A stretch of DNA of 44,265 nucleotides from Dysgonamonadaceae bacterium (GCA_028696875.1 JAQVGF010000002.1:1-44265); one strand, 5' to 3'; counted from the stretch's first letter, positions 26,841 through 37,168 are shown. Made by a program: numbers and translations. The notes: generated by a model not told the origin, from the letters alone.

Positions 26841-28178
26841 ATGAATGTAAAAGACGTAATGAATCAACTGGAAGCAAGGCATCCGGGAGAACCAGAATTT
26901 CATCAGGCTGTGAAAGAAGTATTATTATCCATCGAAGATGTTTACAACGAACATCCGGAATATGAAAAAGCCGGTATTTTGCAACGAATTGTTGAACCGG
27001 ACAGAATCTTTACTTTTCGTGTTCCGTGGGTTGATGATAACGGAACAGTTCATGTAAATATTGGGTATCGGGTACAATTTAATGGTGCTATTGGTCCTTA
27101 CAAAGGCGGAATCCGTTTTCACCCTTCCGTGAATCTTTCCACATTAAAGTTCTTAGGTTTCGAACAAACCTTTAAAAACGCACTCACAACACTTCCTATG
27201 GGTGGTGGCAAAGGAGGATCCGATTTTTCACCCAAAGGTCGTTCAGATGCTGAGATAATGCGTTTTTGTCACGCATTTGTTACAGAAATTTGGAGAGACT
27301 TGGGTCCCGATACCGATGTTCCTGCCGGCGATATAGGAGTAGGAGCTCGCGAAGTGGGCTACATGTTTGGTATGTACAAAAAATTGGCTCGAGAACACAC
27401 CGGTACATTTACAGGAAAAGGACTTTCGTTTGGTGGTTCAAAACTGCGTCCCGAAGCAACAGGTTTTGGTGCGCTCTATTTTGTGAATCAAATGTGCGAC
27501 ACGCACAATATCGATTTGAAAGGCAAAACAATTGCCGTTTCCGGTTTTGGAAATGTAGCGTGGGGTGCTGTTACCAAAGCAACTGAATTGGGTGCAAAAG
27601 TTATTGCTATTTCCGGTCCCGACGGTTATATCCTGGATGAAGATGGAGTTAATACTCCTGAGAAGATTGCTTATATGACCGAATTGCGCAACTCAGGGAA
27701 TGATGTTGTTGCACCTTATGCCGAAGAATTTCCGAATGCTAAGTTTTTTGAAGGCAAAAAACCTTGGGAGTGCAAAGTAGATATAGCATTACCTTGCGCC
27801 ATACAAAATGAATTGAATTTAGACGATGCCAAACAATTGAAGGAAAATGGTGTAACACTCGTAGCTGAAGTTTCAAATATGGGATGTACTGCTGAAGCAG
27901 TTGACTTTTTCCTGGACAACAAAATGTTGTTTGCTCCGGGTAAAGCAGTAAATGCAGGGGGCGTTGCATGCTCAGGTTTAGAAATGACACAAAATGCCAT
28001 GCATATTTCATGGACCAATGAAGAAGTTGATAAATGGTTGCACCAAATTATGAATGACATACACAACCAATGTGTTGAGCACGGAAAAGAGGGAAATTAC
28101 ACCAACTATGTGAAAGGCGCTAACATTGCAGGCTTTATAAAAGTTGCGAATGCAATGATGGCTCAGGGAGTTGTGTAA
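26841..28178 (+). CDS. gdhA: NADP-specific glutamate dehydrogenase
   Basis: KGGIRFHPSVNLSTLKFLGFEQTFKNALTTLPMGGGKGGSDF contains the catalytic Lys region. GFGNVAW is the dinucleotide fold. I chose the ATG at 26841 (MNVKDVMNQLE, 445 aa) rather than the track start at 26787, which adds an 18-aa non-conserved extension overlapping the promoter box. Confidence 0.9.
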   Translation: MNVKDVMNQLEARHPGEPEFHQAVKEVLLSIEDVYNEHPEYEKAGILQRIVEPDRIFTFRVPWVDDNGTVHVNIGYRVQFNGAIGPYKGGIRFHPSVNLSTLKFLGFEQTFKNALTTLPMGGGKGGSDFSPKGRSDAEIMRFCHAFVTEIWRDLGPDTDVPAGDIGVGAREVGYMFGMYKKLAREHTGTFTGKGLSFGGSKLRPEATGFGALYFVNQMCDTHNIDLKGKTIAVSGFGNVAWGAVTKATELGAKVIAISGPDGYILDEDGVNTPEKIAYMTELRNSGNDVVAPYAEEFPNAKFFEGKKPWECKVDIALPCAIQNELNLDDAKQLKENGVTLVAEVSNMGCTAEAVDFFLDNKMLFAPGKAVNAGGVACSGLEMTQNAMHISWTNEEVDKWLHQIMNDIHNQCVEHGKEGNYTNYVKGANIAGFIKVANAMMAQGVV

Positions 28179-28223
28179 CCCGATAGAGATACTTTATCTA
28201 ATTCTTGAAATCACAAAGAGAGG

Positions 28224-28261
28224 TCGCACAGGAAATTTGTTTTGCTGTGCGGCTTTTTTTT
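28224..28261 (+). terminator. Rho-independent terminator of gdhA
   Basis: TCGCACAG pairs with CTGTGCGG with one mismatch. GC then T8 follows. Confidence 0.75.
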
Positions 28262-28342
28262 GTCGTTGTCGTTTTTTTTCAAGGATAGATAAGGGTGTTA
28301 TTGGGTATAATATACGGACGGCTGCAACGGTGCGCCTCCACA

Positions 28343-28368
28343 AATTCTTAATTCTTAATTCTTAATTC
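28343..28368. repeat. Tandem heptamer array (AATTCTT)x3.7, which reads AAGAATT on the menA strand and overlaps the menA stop codon
   Basis: Read directly. The menA stop (TTA on the plus strand, 28362-64) lies inside the array. Confidence 0.85.
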
Positions 28369-29279
28369 AAATTTATACATACCGAAAATACAATACTTAG
28401 CAAAAATGCCGACATCGCTGTCTTTCTCAAATAAGGGTCCAACTCTTTATCTTTTTTCTTGAAGATCTGAATCAACAGGATAAATTGTAACGCATAGATA
28501 ATCACATACGCAAATCTATACCAAGGAGTATCGGCATACATAAAACTATAAATCAAAAAACAGGCATACATTGCCAGCATCAGGGTGGAGTGGTACACCT
28601 TGGCATTTTTCAATCCCAACCTGACGGCTATGGTTCGTTTATTCGAATGTGCATCATTTTCAATATCGCGCATATTATTCACATTCAAAATCATGGCGCT
28701 CAATAAGCCCATTCCAATACTCGGAAATAGTGATCTGAAATCAATGATTTGTGCTTGCAAGTAATATGTGCCGATTACGGCAATGGGTCCAAAAAAGAGA
28801 AAAGCAAAAAAATCGCCCCACCCTCTATATCCATATGGTCTCTTGCCCAAAGTATAAAATAGAGCAGAGAGAAGAGATAAAGCGCCCACACTCAGAAACA
28901 GTATGACAACCATAAATCCGATTGTATGAAACAACCTTATCAATAGAACCAGTCCTGAAAACATTGTTATCAATGTAACAATGCTGATGGTTTTTTTCAT
29001 TTGCAAAGGGCTTATCTTGCCGCTTTGTACACTGCGCACAGGTCCCATACGCAATCCCGTTTGGTCAGTCCCTTTTTGGTAATCGCCTAAGTCATTTGCC
29101 AGATTAGACAATAATTGCAGGAGTAATGCAGTTGACAAAGTAAGCAAAGCAGTAGTGATTTCAAATTTCCCGATATGCATCGCTAAACCGCTACCCAGGA
29201 TAACGCCGGCTGCGGCTAAGAAAAGTGTTCGAGGGCGGAAGGCTGAAATCCAAGGACGAATATGGTCGATTAAATTCAC
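28362..29279 (-). CDS. menA: 1,4-dihydroxy-2-naphthoate polyprenyltransferase (UbiA superfamily)
   Basis: The first Asp-rich motif is NLANDLGDYQKGTD, the second is NNMRDIENDAHSNKRT. The RMGPVRSVQSGKIS block is typical of MenA. About 9 TM helices. Confidence 0.8.
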   Translation of the reverse strand: MNLIDHIRPWISAFRPRTLFLAAAGVILGSGLAMHIGKFEITTALLTLSTALLLQLLSNLANDLGDYQKGTDQTGLRMGPVRSVQSGKISPLQMKKTISIVTLITMFSGLVLLIRLFHTIGFMVVILFLSVGALSLLSALFYTLGKRPYGYRGWGDFFAFLFFGPIAVIGTYYLQAQIIDFRSLFPSIGMGLLSAMILNVNNMRDIENDAHSNKRTIAVRLGLKNAKVYHSTLMLAMYACFLIYSFMYADTPWYRFAYVIIYALQFILLIQIFKKKDKELDPYLRKTAMSAFLLSIVFSVCINLN

Positions 29280-29384
29280 TTTTACTTCGAGTTAGTAAAG
29301 TTCAAAATTAGAATCTAAGAATGAAGATAAATCATTCCCACATGTAAATATACACCTTAATTTAGTAGCTTTTTATAAGAAGAT

Positions 29385-30866
29385 TCAATAAGCTCTTGCA
29401 AACACAACGCGTTGTTTAGACGGCTTACCAGTTACCATGCACTTGCCCGGAGTTTTGTCACCTTCCAAAGGAATACAGCGGATGGTAGCTTTTGTTTCGT
29501 TCTTAATGAGTTCTTCCGTTTCATTGGTCCCATCCCAATGACACATCAGAAAACCGCCTTTTTCTATTTCCACTTTAAACTCTTCGTAACTATCTACATT
29601 GCGTGTTGCCGATGCACGGTAATCAAATGCTTTCTTGTAAATGTTTTGCTGCATCTCTTCCAGCAATTTTTTGATATGCTCTTCGATGCCTTCTTGTGGC
29701 AGTGTCTCTTTGGTTAATGTGTCGCGACGCGCAATTTCGATGGTGTCGTTTTCCAAATCGCGTCCACCCATTGCCAAACGAACGGGCACACCTTTCAGTT
29801 CGTATTCCGAAAACTTCCAACCCGGCTTTCGGTTGTCCGAATTATCGTATTTCACGCTAATGCCCAAAGCTTTCAACTTTTTAATAATGCCTGCCACTTT
29901 TTCGTTGATCTGGTTCAGTTGTTCTTCATTGCGATAAATCGGAACAATCACTACTTGATAGGGTGCCAATAGTGGAGGAAGCACCAATCCATTGTCATCG
30001 GAGTGTGCCATAATTAATGCGCCGACAAGTCGTGTAGAAACACCCCACGAAGTAGCCCACACATATTTTCTTTCACCATCTTTATCGGAAAACATTACAT
30101 CGAAAGCTTTGGCAAAGTTTTGTCCTAAAAAGTGTGATGTACCCGACTGCAGTGCTTTCCCATCTTGCATCAATGCCTCAATAGTGTATGTGTCCACTGA
30201 ACCGGCAAATCGTTCCGACTCAGATTTCACACCTTTTATTACTGGCATGGCCATGTATGTTTCGGCAAACTCAGCATATACATCCAACATTTTGCGTGTT
30301 TCTTCTAATGCTTCTGCTTCTGTAGCATGAGCCGTGTGTCCTTCTTGCCAAAGGAACTCGGTAGTACGCAAAAACAGGCGTGTGCGCATTTCCCATCGCA
30401 CCACATTGGCCCATTGGTTGATGAGAATGGGCAGGTCGCGATACGATTGTATCCAGTTGCGATAGGTGCTCCATATAATGGTTTCGGAAGTAGGACGAAT
30501 AATCAACTCTTCTTCCAGTTTAGCTTCGGGATCAACGATAATTCCATTTCCTTCCGGATCGTTTTTCAAACGATAATGTGTCACAACCGCACACTCTTTA
30601 GCAAAGCCTTCCACATGGTCGGCCTCCTTACTGAGGAAAGATTTGGGGATGAAGAGCGGGAAATAGGCATTCTCGTGCCCAGTTTCTTTAAACATATCGT
30701 CTAATTGACGTTGCATTTTTTCCCAAATGGCATAGCCATAAGGTTTGATAACCATACAGCCGCGCACGGCAGAATTTTCTGCCAAGTTAGCTTTAATTAC
30801 CAAGTCCAAATACCATTGCGAATAATCTTTACTGCGTGGAGTTAAATCCTTCAATTCCTTTGCCAT
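29385..30866 (-). CDS. proS: Proline--tRNA ligase (archaeal/eukaryote-like class IIa form)
   Basis: 493 aa. Class II motifs are present (FRPTSET.., [18 protein letters not shown]), with an anticodon-binding domain and a C-terminal Zn-binding-like domain ending ..VFARAY. Confidence 0.92.
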   Translation of the reverse strand: MAKELKDLTPRSKDYSQWYLDLVIKANLAENSAVRGCMVIKPYGYAIWEKMQRQLDDMFKETGHENAYFPLFIPKSFLSKEADHVEGFAKECAVVTHYRLKNDPEGNGIIVDPEAKLEEELIIRPTSETIIWSTYRNWIQSYRDLPILINQWANVVRWEMRTRLFLRTTEFLWQEGHTAHATEAEALEETRKMLDVYAEFAETYMAMPVIKGVKSESERFAGSVDTYTIEALMQDGKALQSGTSHFLGQNFAKAFDVMFSDKDGERKYVWATSWGVSTRLVGALIMAHSDDNGLVLPPLLAPYQVVIVPIYRNEEQLNQINEKVAGIIKKLKALGISVKYDNSDNRKPGWKFSEYELKGVPVRLAMGGRDLENDTIEIARRDTLTKETLPQEGIEEHIKKLLEEMQQNIYKKAFDYRASATRNVDSYEEFKVEIEKGGFLMCHWDGTNETEELIKNETKATIRCIPLEGDKTPGKCMVTGKPSKQRVVFARAY

Positions 30867-30914
30867 AATGTATGATGTAGAGTGTTGTTAGTTTTATGTT
30901 TTTGTTTTAGTATG

Positions 30915-30922
30915 CAAAGATA
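30915..30922 (-). promoter_or_regulatory. -7 box (TATCTTTG on the minus strand) for proS
   Basis: The plus strand reads CAAAGATA, 49 nt upstream of the proS start. Confidence 0.35.
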
Positions 30923-30933
30923 AGAAAATGATT

Positions 30934-30996
30934 TTAGAGTTTAGAGTTAAGAAGTAAGAATCGGGAGTTAACAGTTAAAAGTTAACAGTTAAAACC
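30934..30996. repeat. Degenerate tandem heptamer array (~9 units, TTAGAGT/TAAGAAG/TAACAGT/TAAAAGT)
   Basis: Read directly. It lies between the stop of the 170-aa gene and the proS start. Confidence 0.75.
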
Positions 30997-31237
30997 GAAA
31001 TGCTGAGGTGTTTAGATGTGAGTTGCAATATTCTGTAGTTTTATTCTTAAGGGCTTACTTTTAATTGCTCATATAACAGATTCCGTTAGGTGCAGTAAGT
31101 TGAAAATATATGCAAGTTGTAGGTGTTATGGCAAAGGGTTTCTGTAAAAAAACAGATTCAGTTGCAGGCCGAAAATGTAGAAACGCGATTTGTTGCATCT
31201 TTACATTAAGTTTATTGATGAACTGTTATTTTACATT

Positions 31238-31750
31238 TCAAATGTCATACAATCCGTCTCTCTCATCTGCTTTCATAATTTCACCTATTAGGCGTGCTTG
31301 CTCCTCTTTAGTTATTTTCTTAGAGTTGACTACCTCAATCTCCCTCACCTTTATAAACCGCGTTCTCAAAAACAGCATATAAATAATTAGATATATCAAT
31401 CCCACAACAAGAAAATTGCCCATAACCTTTACAATAAAAATATCTATATTGATTAGCGTTAGATAGGCACTATTTATCAAAGGAAAAATGATTATTAATA
31501 TCAACCAGTTATATTTAAAGCTTCTCATTTTTATGGTTGTATCCTTATTGTCGCTCAAGTCCAACTCGAGTGGCTTGCTTCCGCCAGACCATTTTTGTCT
31601 GAGTACTATTTTGTGTCTCACTGGCGATACTTCAAATTGTACTGTTTGGTCAATACCTACACATCCTACTTTCTCTCCATCAATATAGATATTGGTCTTT
31701 CTCTCTTGATTAGTCCATTCGTATGGGCGTACTATTGTTATTTTTGGCAT
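31238..31750 (-). CDS. Hypothetical membrane protein (soluble N-terminal ~85 aa, 2 TM helices, charged tail)
   Basis: 170-aa ORF with a plausible -7 box upstream. The N-terminal pattern I.R......I.IDG..VG......F.V..G.H loosely recalls DUF2846-like beta-sandwich domains. No family is assigned. Confidence 0.45.
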   Translation of the reverse strand: MPKITIVRPYEWTNQERKTNIYIDGEKVGCVGIDQTVQFEVSPVRHKIVLRQKWSGGSKPLELDLSDNKDTTIKMRSFKYNWLILIIIFPLINSAYLTLINIDIFIVKVMGNFLVVGLIYLIIYMLFLRTRFIKVREIEVVNSKKITKEEQARLIGEIMKADERDGLYDI

Positions 31751-31832
31751 ATTTGCAGTGGTTGTTTACTGCTATTGTGTTAATAATCTTCTTCTTTTGT
31801 AACTGTCTTTTCTGACAATTGATTTGCATGTT

Positions 31833-31840
31833 CAAAGATA
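31833..31840 (-). promoter_or_regulatory. -7 box (TATCTTTG on the minus strand) for the 170-aa gene
   Basis: The plus strand reads CAAAGATA, 83 nt upstream of the start at 31750. Confidence 0.3.
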
Positions 31841-31872
31841 CAAAATATCTCAAAGTCTGCAACTATTTGATA

Positions 31873-31951
31873 AAAACCTTATTTTATTCCAAAACAACAA
31901 CCTTGACTAACTGTGCAATACCACTACAAACCCGAGCTTATTACCTTATTT
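31873..31951 (+). repeat. Module P dispersed element, copy D
   Basis: AAAACCTTATTTTATTCC..CCTTGACTAACTGTGCAATACCACTACAAACCCGAGCTTATTACCTTATTT. Confidence 0.55.
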
Positions 31952-31996
31952 CGTTCTGACTATTCTGTTGCATTCTCTATCTATCAACTAAGTCTT

Positions 31997-32004
31997 TATC
32001 TTTG
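31997..32004 (+). promoter_or_regulatory. -7 box TATCTTTG, a possible promoter of the Pmp3 gene
   Basis: Matches TAnnTTTG, 122 nt upstream of the ATG at 32126. This would give a long leader. Confidence 0.25.
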
Positions 32005-32125
32005 ACGAAACAATAACTAAAACATGCGTGTTATACTACATAACAAATGAAAATATTTGTGTGCTTTGCTTTTTCGAACTAAGTCGTATTGGAAATCGAA
32101 TTTAACAGATAAAACCAAAGAAAAT

Positions 32126-32281
32126 ATGTCATTACTTACAATTGTTCTCAGCGTTCTACTTCCTCCGGTTGCCGTTCTTATGAAAAGAGGCTTTGGCACT
32201 GCTTTTATCCTCAACATTGTACTTACAATCTTGGGATGGGTGCCGGGTGTGATACATGCGTTGTATGTGAACAAGGAATAG
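32126..32281 (+). CDS. YqaE/Pmp3 family small membrane proteolipid (51 aa)
   Basis: MSLLTIVLSVLLPPVAVLMKRGFGTAFILNIVLTILGWVPGVIHALYV matches the Pmp3/UPF0057 pattern (LPP.AV......G..F.INI.LT.LGW.PG.IHA.Y). I used the internal ATG rather than the track start at 32057. Confidence 0.8.
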   Translation: MSLLTIVLSVLLPPVAVLMKRGFGTAFILNIVLTILGWVPGVIHALYVNKE

Positions 32282-32436
32282 AAAGAAGGAACAAGGAATA
32301 AGGATGTACGACTTTTCACTCTTAATTTTGGAGACATAAAATCTTGTGCCTCTACAGATATCACAACTATCATTTGGGTTTCACTGAACGTTGTTGAAGT
32401 GTGGTCACAGATCGTTGTCGAGAGTACACAAAAAGG

Positions 32437-33069
32437 CTAAAGATTAAAAAACGCTATTCCTACAATCCCTAAAACACCTAAAAGCATTAGAATAATGCCC
32501 ATCATACGATTGAAAAATTTGAGAGATTGGCGGTTGAAATACCGTTTTAGTTTTGATACATACGTAGTTATAAAAGTCCACCAGACGAGAGCGCCAACAC
32601 CAATTGAAGTTATTCCAACAGCAAAAGTGAACCAATTTTTATCCAACGGACTATATTGAAAACGAGCATACAAAGAGATAAAAAGAAAAATGATTGCCAC
32701 GTTGGACAATGTGAGAAGAAACGCCGTTGCAAAATCTTGATAATAGCGTGTTTCATAGTTATTGGATGTCGGTTGTAGTATTTTTAACGGATTGGTCGAA
32801 AATATGACAACACCAAACAGGATTATTACAATACTTCCAATAAATTGAATTAACGCCCGGTTGGTTTGCATTAAATCGTCGACAAACCCCATCCCGATAA
32901 GCGTAATGGAAGCATAGATAAGGTCTGAAAACATCGCACCCATTCCGGTCACAAATCCATGCATCCTTCCTTTGCTCAGCGTGCGCTGCACACATAATAT
33001 CCCTATAGGACCCATGGGCGCGGAGACAATTATGCCAATGATGATTCCTTTGTATATTACTTCAATCAT
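32437..33069 (-). CDS. LysE/RhtB family amino-acid efflux translocator
   Basis: 210 aa, six TM helices. The N-terminal GIIIGIIVSAPMGPIGILCVQRTLSKG is typical of LysE-type exporters. Confidence 0.75.
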   Translation of the reverse strand: MIEVIYKGIIIGIIVSAPMGPIGILCVQRTLSKGRMHGFVTGMGAMFSDLIYASITLIGMGFVDDLMQTNRALIQFIGSIVIILFGVVIFSTNPLKILQPTSNNYETRYYQDFATAFLLTLSNVAIIFLFISLYARFQYSPLDKNWFTFAVGITSIGVGALVWWTFITTYVSKLKRYFNRQSLKFFNRMMGIILMLLGVLGIVGIAFFNL

Positions 33070-33337
33070 GAGCAGAGGTTATTTTCACAACTTTATTGTT
33101 TGATAAATTAGATACAAAAAGCCCAATTAAGATTTTTAATTGTTTGCTAAACCTTTCATTTACTGAAAGGTAGCCGGCATCACTCCGAAAGAATAAGTAA
33201 TGTTTGTTCCCACGCTTTTTTATCAGATACTCCAATTGAATCTGTTTTTATGGATTGTAGTTAATGCACAAAGATACATTCAATATTTAAAACATACAAA
33301 ATGAAGATAAAATTCTGTGAGAATCATCCCTTTTCAT

Positions 33338-33345
33338 TAACTTTG
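33338..33345 (+). promoter_or_regulatory. -7 box TAACTTTG for purL
   Basis: Matches TAnnTTTG, 73 nt upstream of the ATG at 33418. Confidence 0.35.
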
Positions 33346-33417
33346 TTTTTTCTTAATCAGGTTGTAATAATAAGAGGGCTTGTCGCTTTTTTTATTCTCA
33401 AATAAACTTAATAAGTA

Positions 33418-36400
33418 ATGATATCATTTTTCAAAACTCCTTCACAAAACATTATAGCGGTTCAATCTTCATCTGTTCTTTCGGGTGAAGATGTAAACAG
33501 ATTGAATTGGCTTTTTGGCGGTTCCAAAAAGCTGGATGTAACTGAAATTAATGAACCATTTATTGGTCCACGTCGTGAAATGATAACACCCTGGAGTACG
33601 GGCGCGGTAGAAATCACTCAAAATATGGGAATAGAAAATATTCGCAGAATTGAAGAATATCTTCCTTCCCCTGAATCCCATGAGCACGATCCCATGCTCC
33701 AAGAAGTTTATCAACAATTGGATCAGAGGATTTTCGATGTCGATATTGAACCTGAATCAATATTTTATATCGAGGATATTGCTGCATATAACAGACAAGA
33801 AGGACTTGCATTAAGTCCCGATGAGATTGAATATCTTGAAGGAGTAAGTGCGAAGTTGAAAAGAAAATTAACCGATAGCGAAGTGTTTGGTTTTTCGCAA
33901 GTAAATTCCGAGCATTGCAGACACAAAATATTTAACGGACTCTTTATTATTGATGGGGAGGAAAAAGAGAGTACTCTTTTCCAACTTATTAAAAAAACCT
34001 CAGCAGTTAATCCCAATACGCTGGTTTCCGCTTATAAAGATAATGTTGCTTTTGTAGGAGGTCCACGAATTGAACAATTTGCTCCGTTAAGTGGTGATAA
34101 AGCCGATTATTTTTCAACCAAAGTGATAGAGAGTGTTCTTTCGCTCAAAGCAGAAACTCACAACTTCCCCACTACGGTAGAACCTTTTAACGGTGCTTCA
34201 ACCGGTACGGGTGGAGAAATTCGTGACCGATTGGCAGGAGGAAAAGCATCTTTGCCACTTGCGGGAACTGCTGTTTATATGACTTCATATCCAAGATTAG
34301 AAGATAACAGACCGTGGGAACAAGCAATAAATCCTCGGAATTGGCTTTATCAAACACCTGAGCAAATACTAATAAAAGCATCTAACGGAGCTTCCGATTT
34401 TGGTAATAAGTTTGGGCAACCGCTTATTTGTGGTTCGTTGCTCACATTTGAACACGAAGAAAACAACAAAAAATTTGGTTTCGACAAAGTGATTATGCTT
34501 GCCGGAGGAATAGGCTATGCAAATAAGCGCGATGCGCTTAAAGGCAATCCCGAGCCGGGCGAGAAAGTAGTGGTGATGGGTGGCGACAATTATCGAATTG
34601 GTATGGGTGGTGGTGCTGTATCATCTGTTAATACCGGCGAATATTCATCCGGTATTGAATTGAATGCCGTACAACGTGCCAATCCTGAAATGCAAAAACG
34701 TGTTGCCAATGTAATTCGCACTTTAGCTGAGTCTGACGAAAACCCAATTGTATCTATTCACGATCATGGTGCCGGCGGACATTTAAACTGTATTTCGGAA
34801 CTGGTAGAAAAAACGGGAGGGAAAATTGATTTATCAAAACTTCCTGTTGGCGATAGCACTCTAAGCGCAAAAGAAATTATTGGTAATGAAAGTCAAGAGC
34901 GTATGGGCATGCTCGTGAAAAAAGAAGATTTAGACAAAATAGAACAAATAGCATTGCGCGAACGCGCACCATTTTATGTGGTGGGCGAAACGACTGATGA
35001 TATGAAGTTCACTTTTGAGCAACCCGATGGAAGTTGCCCAATTGATATGAACTTAGAAGATCTCTTTGGTAAGGCACCAGCAACTGTTATGATTGACAGT
35101 ACAATTATTGAAAGCTATGAAGCTTCGGAATATGATGCTGAAGAATTAGAGACCTATCTGACAAATGTGCTGAAACTTGAAGCTGTTGCGTGTAAAGATT
35201 GGCTAACCAACAAAGCTGACCGCTCTGTGAGCGGAAAAGTTGCTCGCCAACAAACTCAAGGAGAGATTCAATTACCCTTGAGTGATATGGGAGCAGTTGC
35301 TTTGGATTATCGGGGATATGTTGGTATGGCAACTTCCCTTGGTCATGCGCCTCAGGTAGCAATGATTGACGCAGCGGCGGGGTCGGTTGTAGCAATAGCA
35401 GAAGCGCTTACTAATATTGTGTTTGCGCCGCTCACCAACGGTTTGCAAAGTGTTTCTCTCAGTGCAAACTGGATGTGGCCATGCAGAAATCCGGGTGAGG
35501 ATGCTCGTCTCTATTCAGCCGTTGAAGCTTGCTCGGAATTTGCATGCAATTTGGGAATTAATATTCCCACCGGGAAAGATTCACTATCAATGACGCAACA
35601 GTATGGAGACGATAAAGTTTTGTCACCGGGCACTGTAATTATAACAGCGGCTGCTGAGGTTAAAAATATTCGTCGCATTGTTTCACCTGTTTTGGCATTT
35701 ATAAAAGGAACTTATCTCTATTATATCGATTTTTCTTTCGATTCTTTCAAACTTGGTGGTTCTGCTTTTGCTCAAACTATGAATAAAGTTGGCGATGAAG
35801 CACCCACTGTTACCGATGCCGAGTATTTTAAAAATGCCTTTGGTGCAATACAGGAATTGGTAAATCGCGGATTAATTCTTGCAGGACACGACGTGTCTGC
35901 AGGGGGTATGGTGACTGCCATGTTAGAAATGTGCTTTGCAAATACAAAGGGTGGTTTGGATGCTCGTTTAGACAAAATAAGACATTCCGATTTAATAAAA
36001 ATACTTTTTTCTGAAAATCCGGGTGTGTTGATTCAAGTGAAACATCACCATTTGGTTGAAAAAATATTAGACGATTACGGTATTGGTTATGCAATTGTTG
36101 CACGACCTATAGAAGAACGAAAACTTATTATTGAGAAAGACGACTTTAAAAAAGTATTCGATATTGACCAGTTGCGCGACGTTTGGTACAGCACATCTTA
36201 TCTGATGGATCAACGGCAGAGTGGCAAAGTTGCTGCCAAAGCTCGTTTCGATAATTACAAAAACCAACCGCTCAAATTTGAATTTAAATCCGACTATACC
36301 GGTAAATTTTTGGATTTGGGTTTAAATCCCGATCGAAAAGAGCGTTCGGGAGTAACAGCTGCAATTATTCGCGAAAAGGGGACTAACGGAGAACGAGAAA

Positions 36401-37107
36401 TGGCGTACGCCCTTTATCTTGCCGGATTTGATGTGAAAGATATTCACATGACCGACCTCATTTCTGGTCGCGAAACGTTGGAAGATGTGAACATGGCAGT
36501 ATTCTGTGGAGGTTTTTCCAACTCCGATGTCTTTGGCTCTGCCAAAGGATGGGCAGGTGGTTTTCTATACAACGAAAAGGCAAAAACCTCGTTGCAAAAC
36601 TTTTTTGCACGAAAAGATACGCTGAGTTTGGGTGTTTGCAACGGTTGTCAGTTGATGATGGAGCTTGGGTTGGTTTTCCCCGAATTGGGAGACAATCATC
36701 CAAAAATGCAACTTAACGAATCCGGAAAGTTTGAATCTACATTTGTGAGCGTAGAAATTCCAAGGAATAATTCGGTTATGCTCAAATCGCTTTCAGGTAC
36801 AACTTTAGGTGTTTGGACTGCTCATGGTGAGGGCAGATTTGAATTGCCGAATTCGGAATCAGATTATGGTATTTCAGCAAAATATATTTACGATGAATAT
36901 CCCGGTAATCCAAACGGTTCAGATTACAATGCTGCTGCTCTTTGTTCAAAAGATGGCAGACATTTGGTGATGATGCCACATTTGGAACGAACTATTTTTC
37001 CATGGCAAAACGCCTATTATCCTTTCCAACATCGTAGGAATGATGTAACGCCTTGGATGGGAGCATTTATTAATGCCAAAGAGTGGTTGAAGAAACAAGG
37101 AGAATAA
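33418..37107 (+). CDS. purL: Phosphoribosylformylglycinamidine synthase, single-chain large form
   Basis: 1229 aa. Blocks include SEHCRHKIF, ETHNFPTTVEPFNGASTGTGGEIRD and the AIRS duplications. The C-terminal GATase has GVCNGCQLM (catalytic Cys) and MMPHLER. Confidence 0.95.
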   Translation: MISFFKTPSQNIIAVQSSSVLSGEDVNRLNWLFGGSKKLDVTEINEPFIGPRREMITPWSTGAVEITQNMGIENIRRIEEYLPSPESHEHDPMLQEVYQQLDQRIFDVDIEPESIFYIEDIAAYNRQEGLALSPDEIEYLEGVSAKLKRKLTDSEVFGFSQVNSEHCRHKIFNGLFIIDGEEKESTLFQLIKKTSAVNPNTLVSAYKDNVAFVGGPRIEQFAPLSGDKADYFSTKVIESVLSLKAETHNFPTTVEPFNGASTGTGGEIRDRLAGGKASLPLAGTAVYMTSYPRLEDNRPWEQAINPRNWLYQTPEQILIKASNGASDFGNKFGQPLICGSLLTFEHEENNKKFGFDKVIMLAGGIGYANKRDALKGNPEPGEKVVVMGGDNYRIGMGGGAVSSVNTGEYSSGIELNAVQRANPEMQKRVANVIRTLAESDENPIVSIHDHGAGGHLNCISELVEKTGGKIDLSKLPVGDSTLSAKEIIGNESQERMGMLVKKEDLDKIEQIALRERAPFYVVGETTDDMKFTFEQPDGSCPIDMNLEDLFGKAPATVMIDSTIIESYEASEYDAEELETYLTNVLKLEAVACKDWLTNKADRSVSGKVARQQTQGEIQLPLSDMGAVALDYRGYVGMATSLGHAPQVAMIDAAAGSVVAIAEALTNIVFAPLTNGLQSVSLSANWMWPCRNPGEDARLYSAVEACSEFACNLGINIPTGKDSLSMTQQYGDDKVLSPGTVIITAAAEVKNIRRIVSPVLAFIKGTYLYYIDFSFDSFKLGGSAFAQTMNKVGDEAPTVTDAEYFKNAFGAIQELVNRGLILAGHDVSAGGMVTAMLEMCFANTKGGLDARLDKIRHSDLIKILFSENPGVLIQVKHHHLVEKILDDYGIGYAIVARPIEERKLIIEKDDFKKVFDIDQLRDVWYSTSYLMDQRQSGKVAAKARFDNYKNQPLKFEFKSDYTGKFLDLGLNPDRKERSGVTAAIIREKGTNGEREMAYALYLAGFDVKDIHMTDLISGRETLEDVNMAVFCGGFSNSDVFGSAKGWAGGFLYNEKAKTSLQNFFARKDTLSLGVCNGCQLMMELGLVFPELGDNHPKMQLNESGKFESTFVSVEIPRNNSVMLKSLSGTTLGVWTAHGEGRFELPNSESDYGISAKYIYDEYPGNPNGSDYNAAALCSKDGRHLVMMPHLERTIFPWQNAYYPFQHRRNDVTPWMGAFINAKEWLKKQGE

Positions 37108-37129
37108 ACTTTTAAAAACAAAATATACT

Positions 37130-37157
37130 CCCCGTTCTTACATTGGTAAGAATGGGG
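37130..37157 (+). terminator. Strong 12-bp hairpin between purL and the thioesterase gene (terminator/attenuator candidate)
   Basis: CCCCGTTCTTAC attg GTAAGAATGGGG has 11 Watson-Crick pairs plus 1 G-U. ATTTAATTATT follows, and the hairpin ends 11 nt before the ATG at 37169. Confidence 0.45.
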
Positions 37158-37168
37158 ATTTAATTATT

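Noticed and set aside
32017-32373. A 118-aa minus-strand ORF overlapping the Pmp3 gene
   Set aside because: It is antisense to a clearly recognisable Pmp3/YqaE proteolipid, and its own sequence has no family resemblance.
33070-33417. A purine or ZTP riboswitch upstream of purL
   Set aside because: I looked for the conserved cores (the purine riboswitch three-way junction, and ZTP GGGTCGTGAC...CCGCCTGGGC) and found nothing resembling them. Only a small 8-bp hairpin at 33151-33171 and a -7 box are present.
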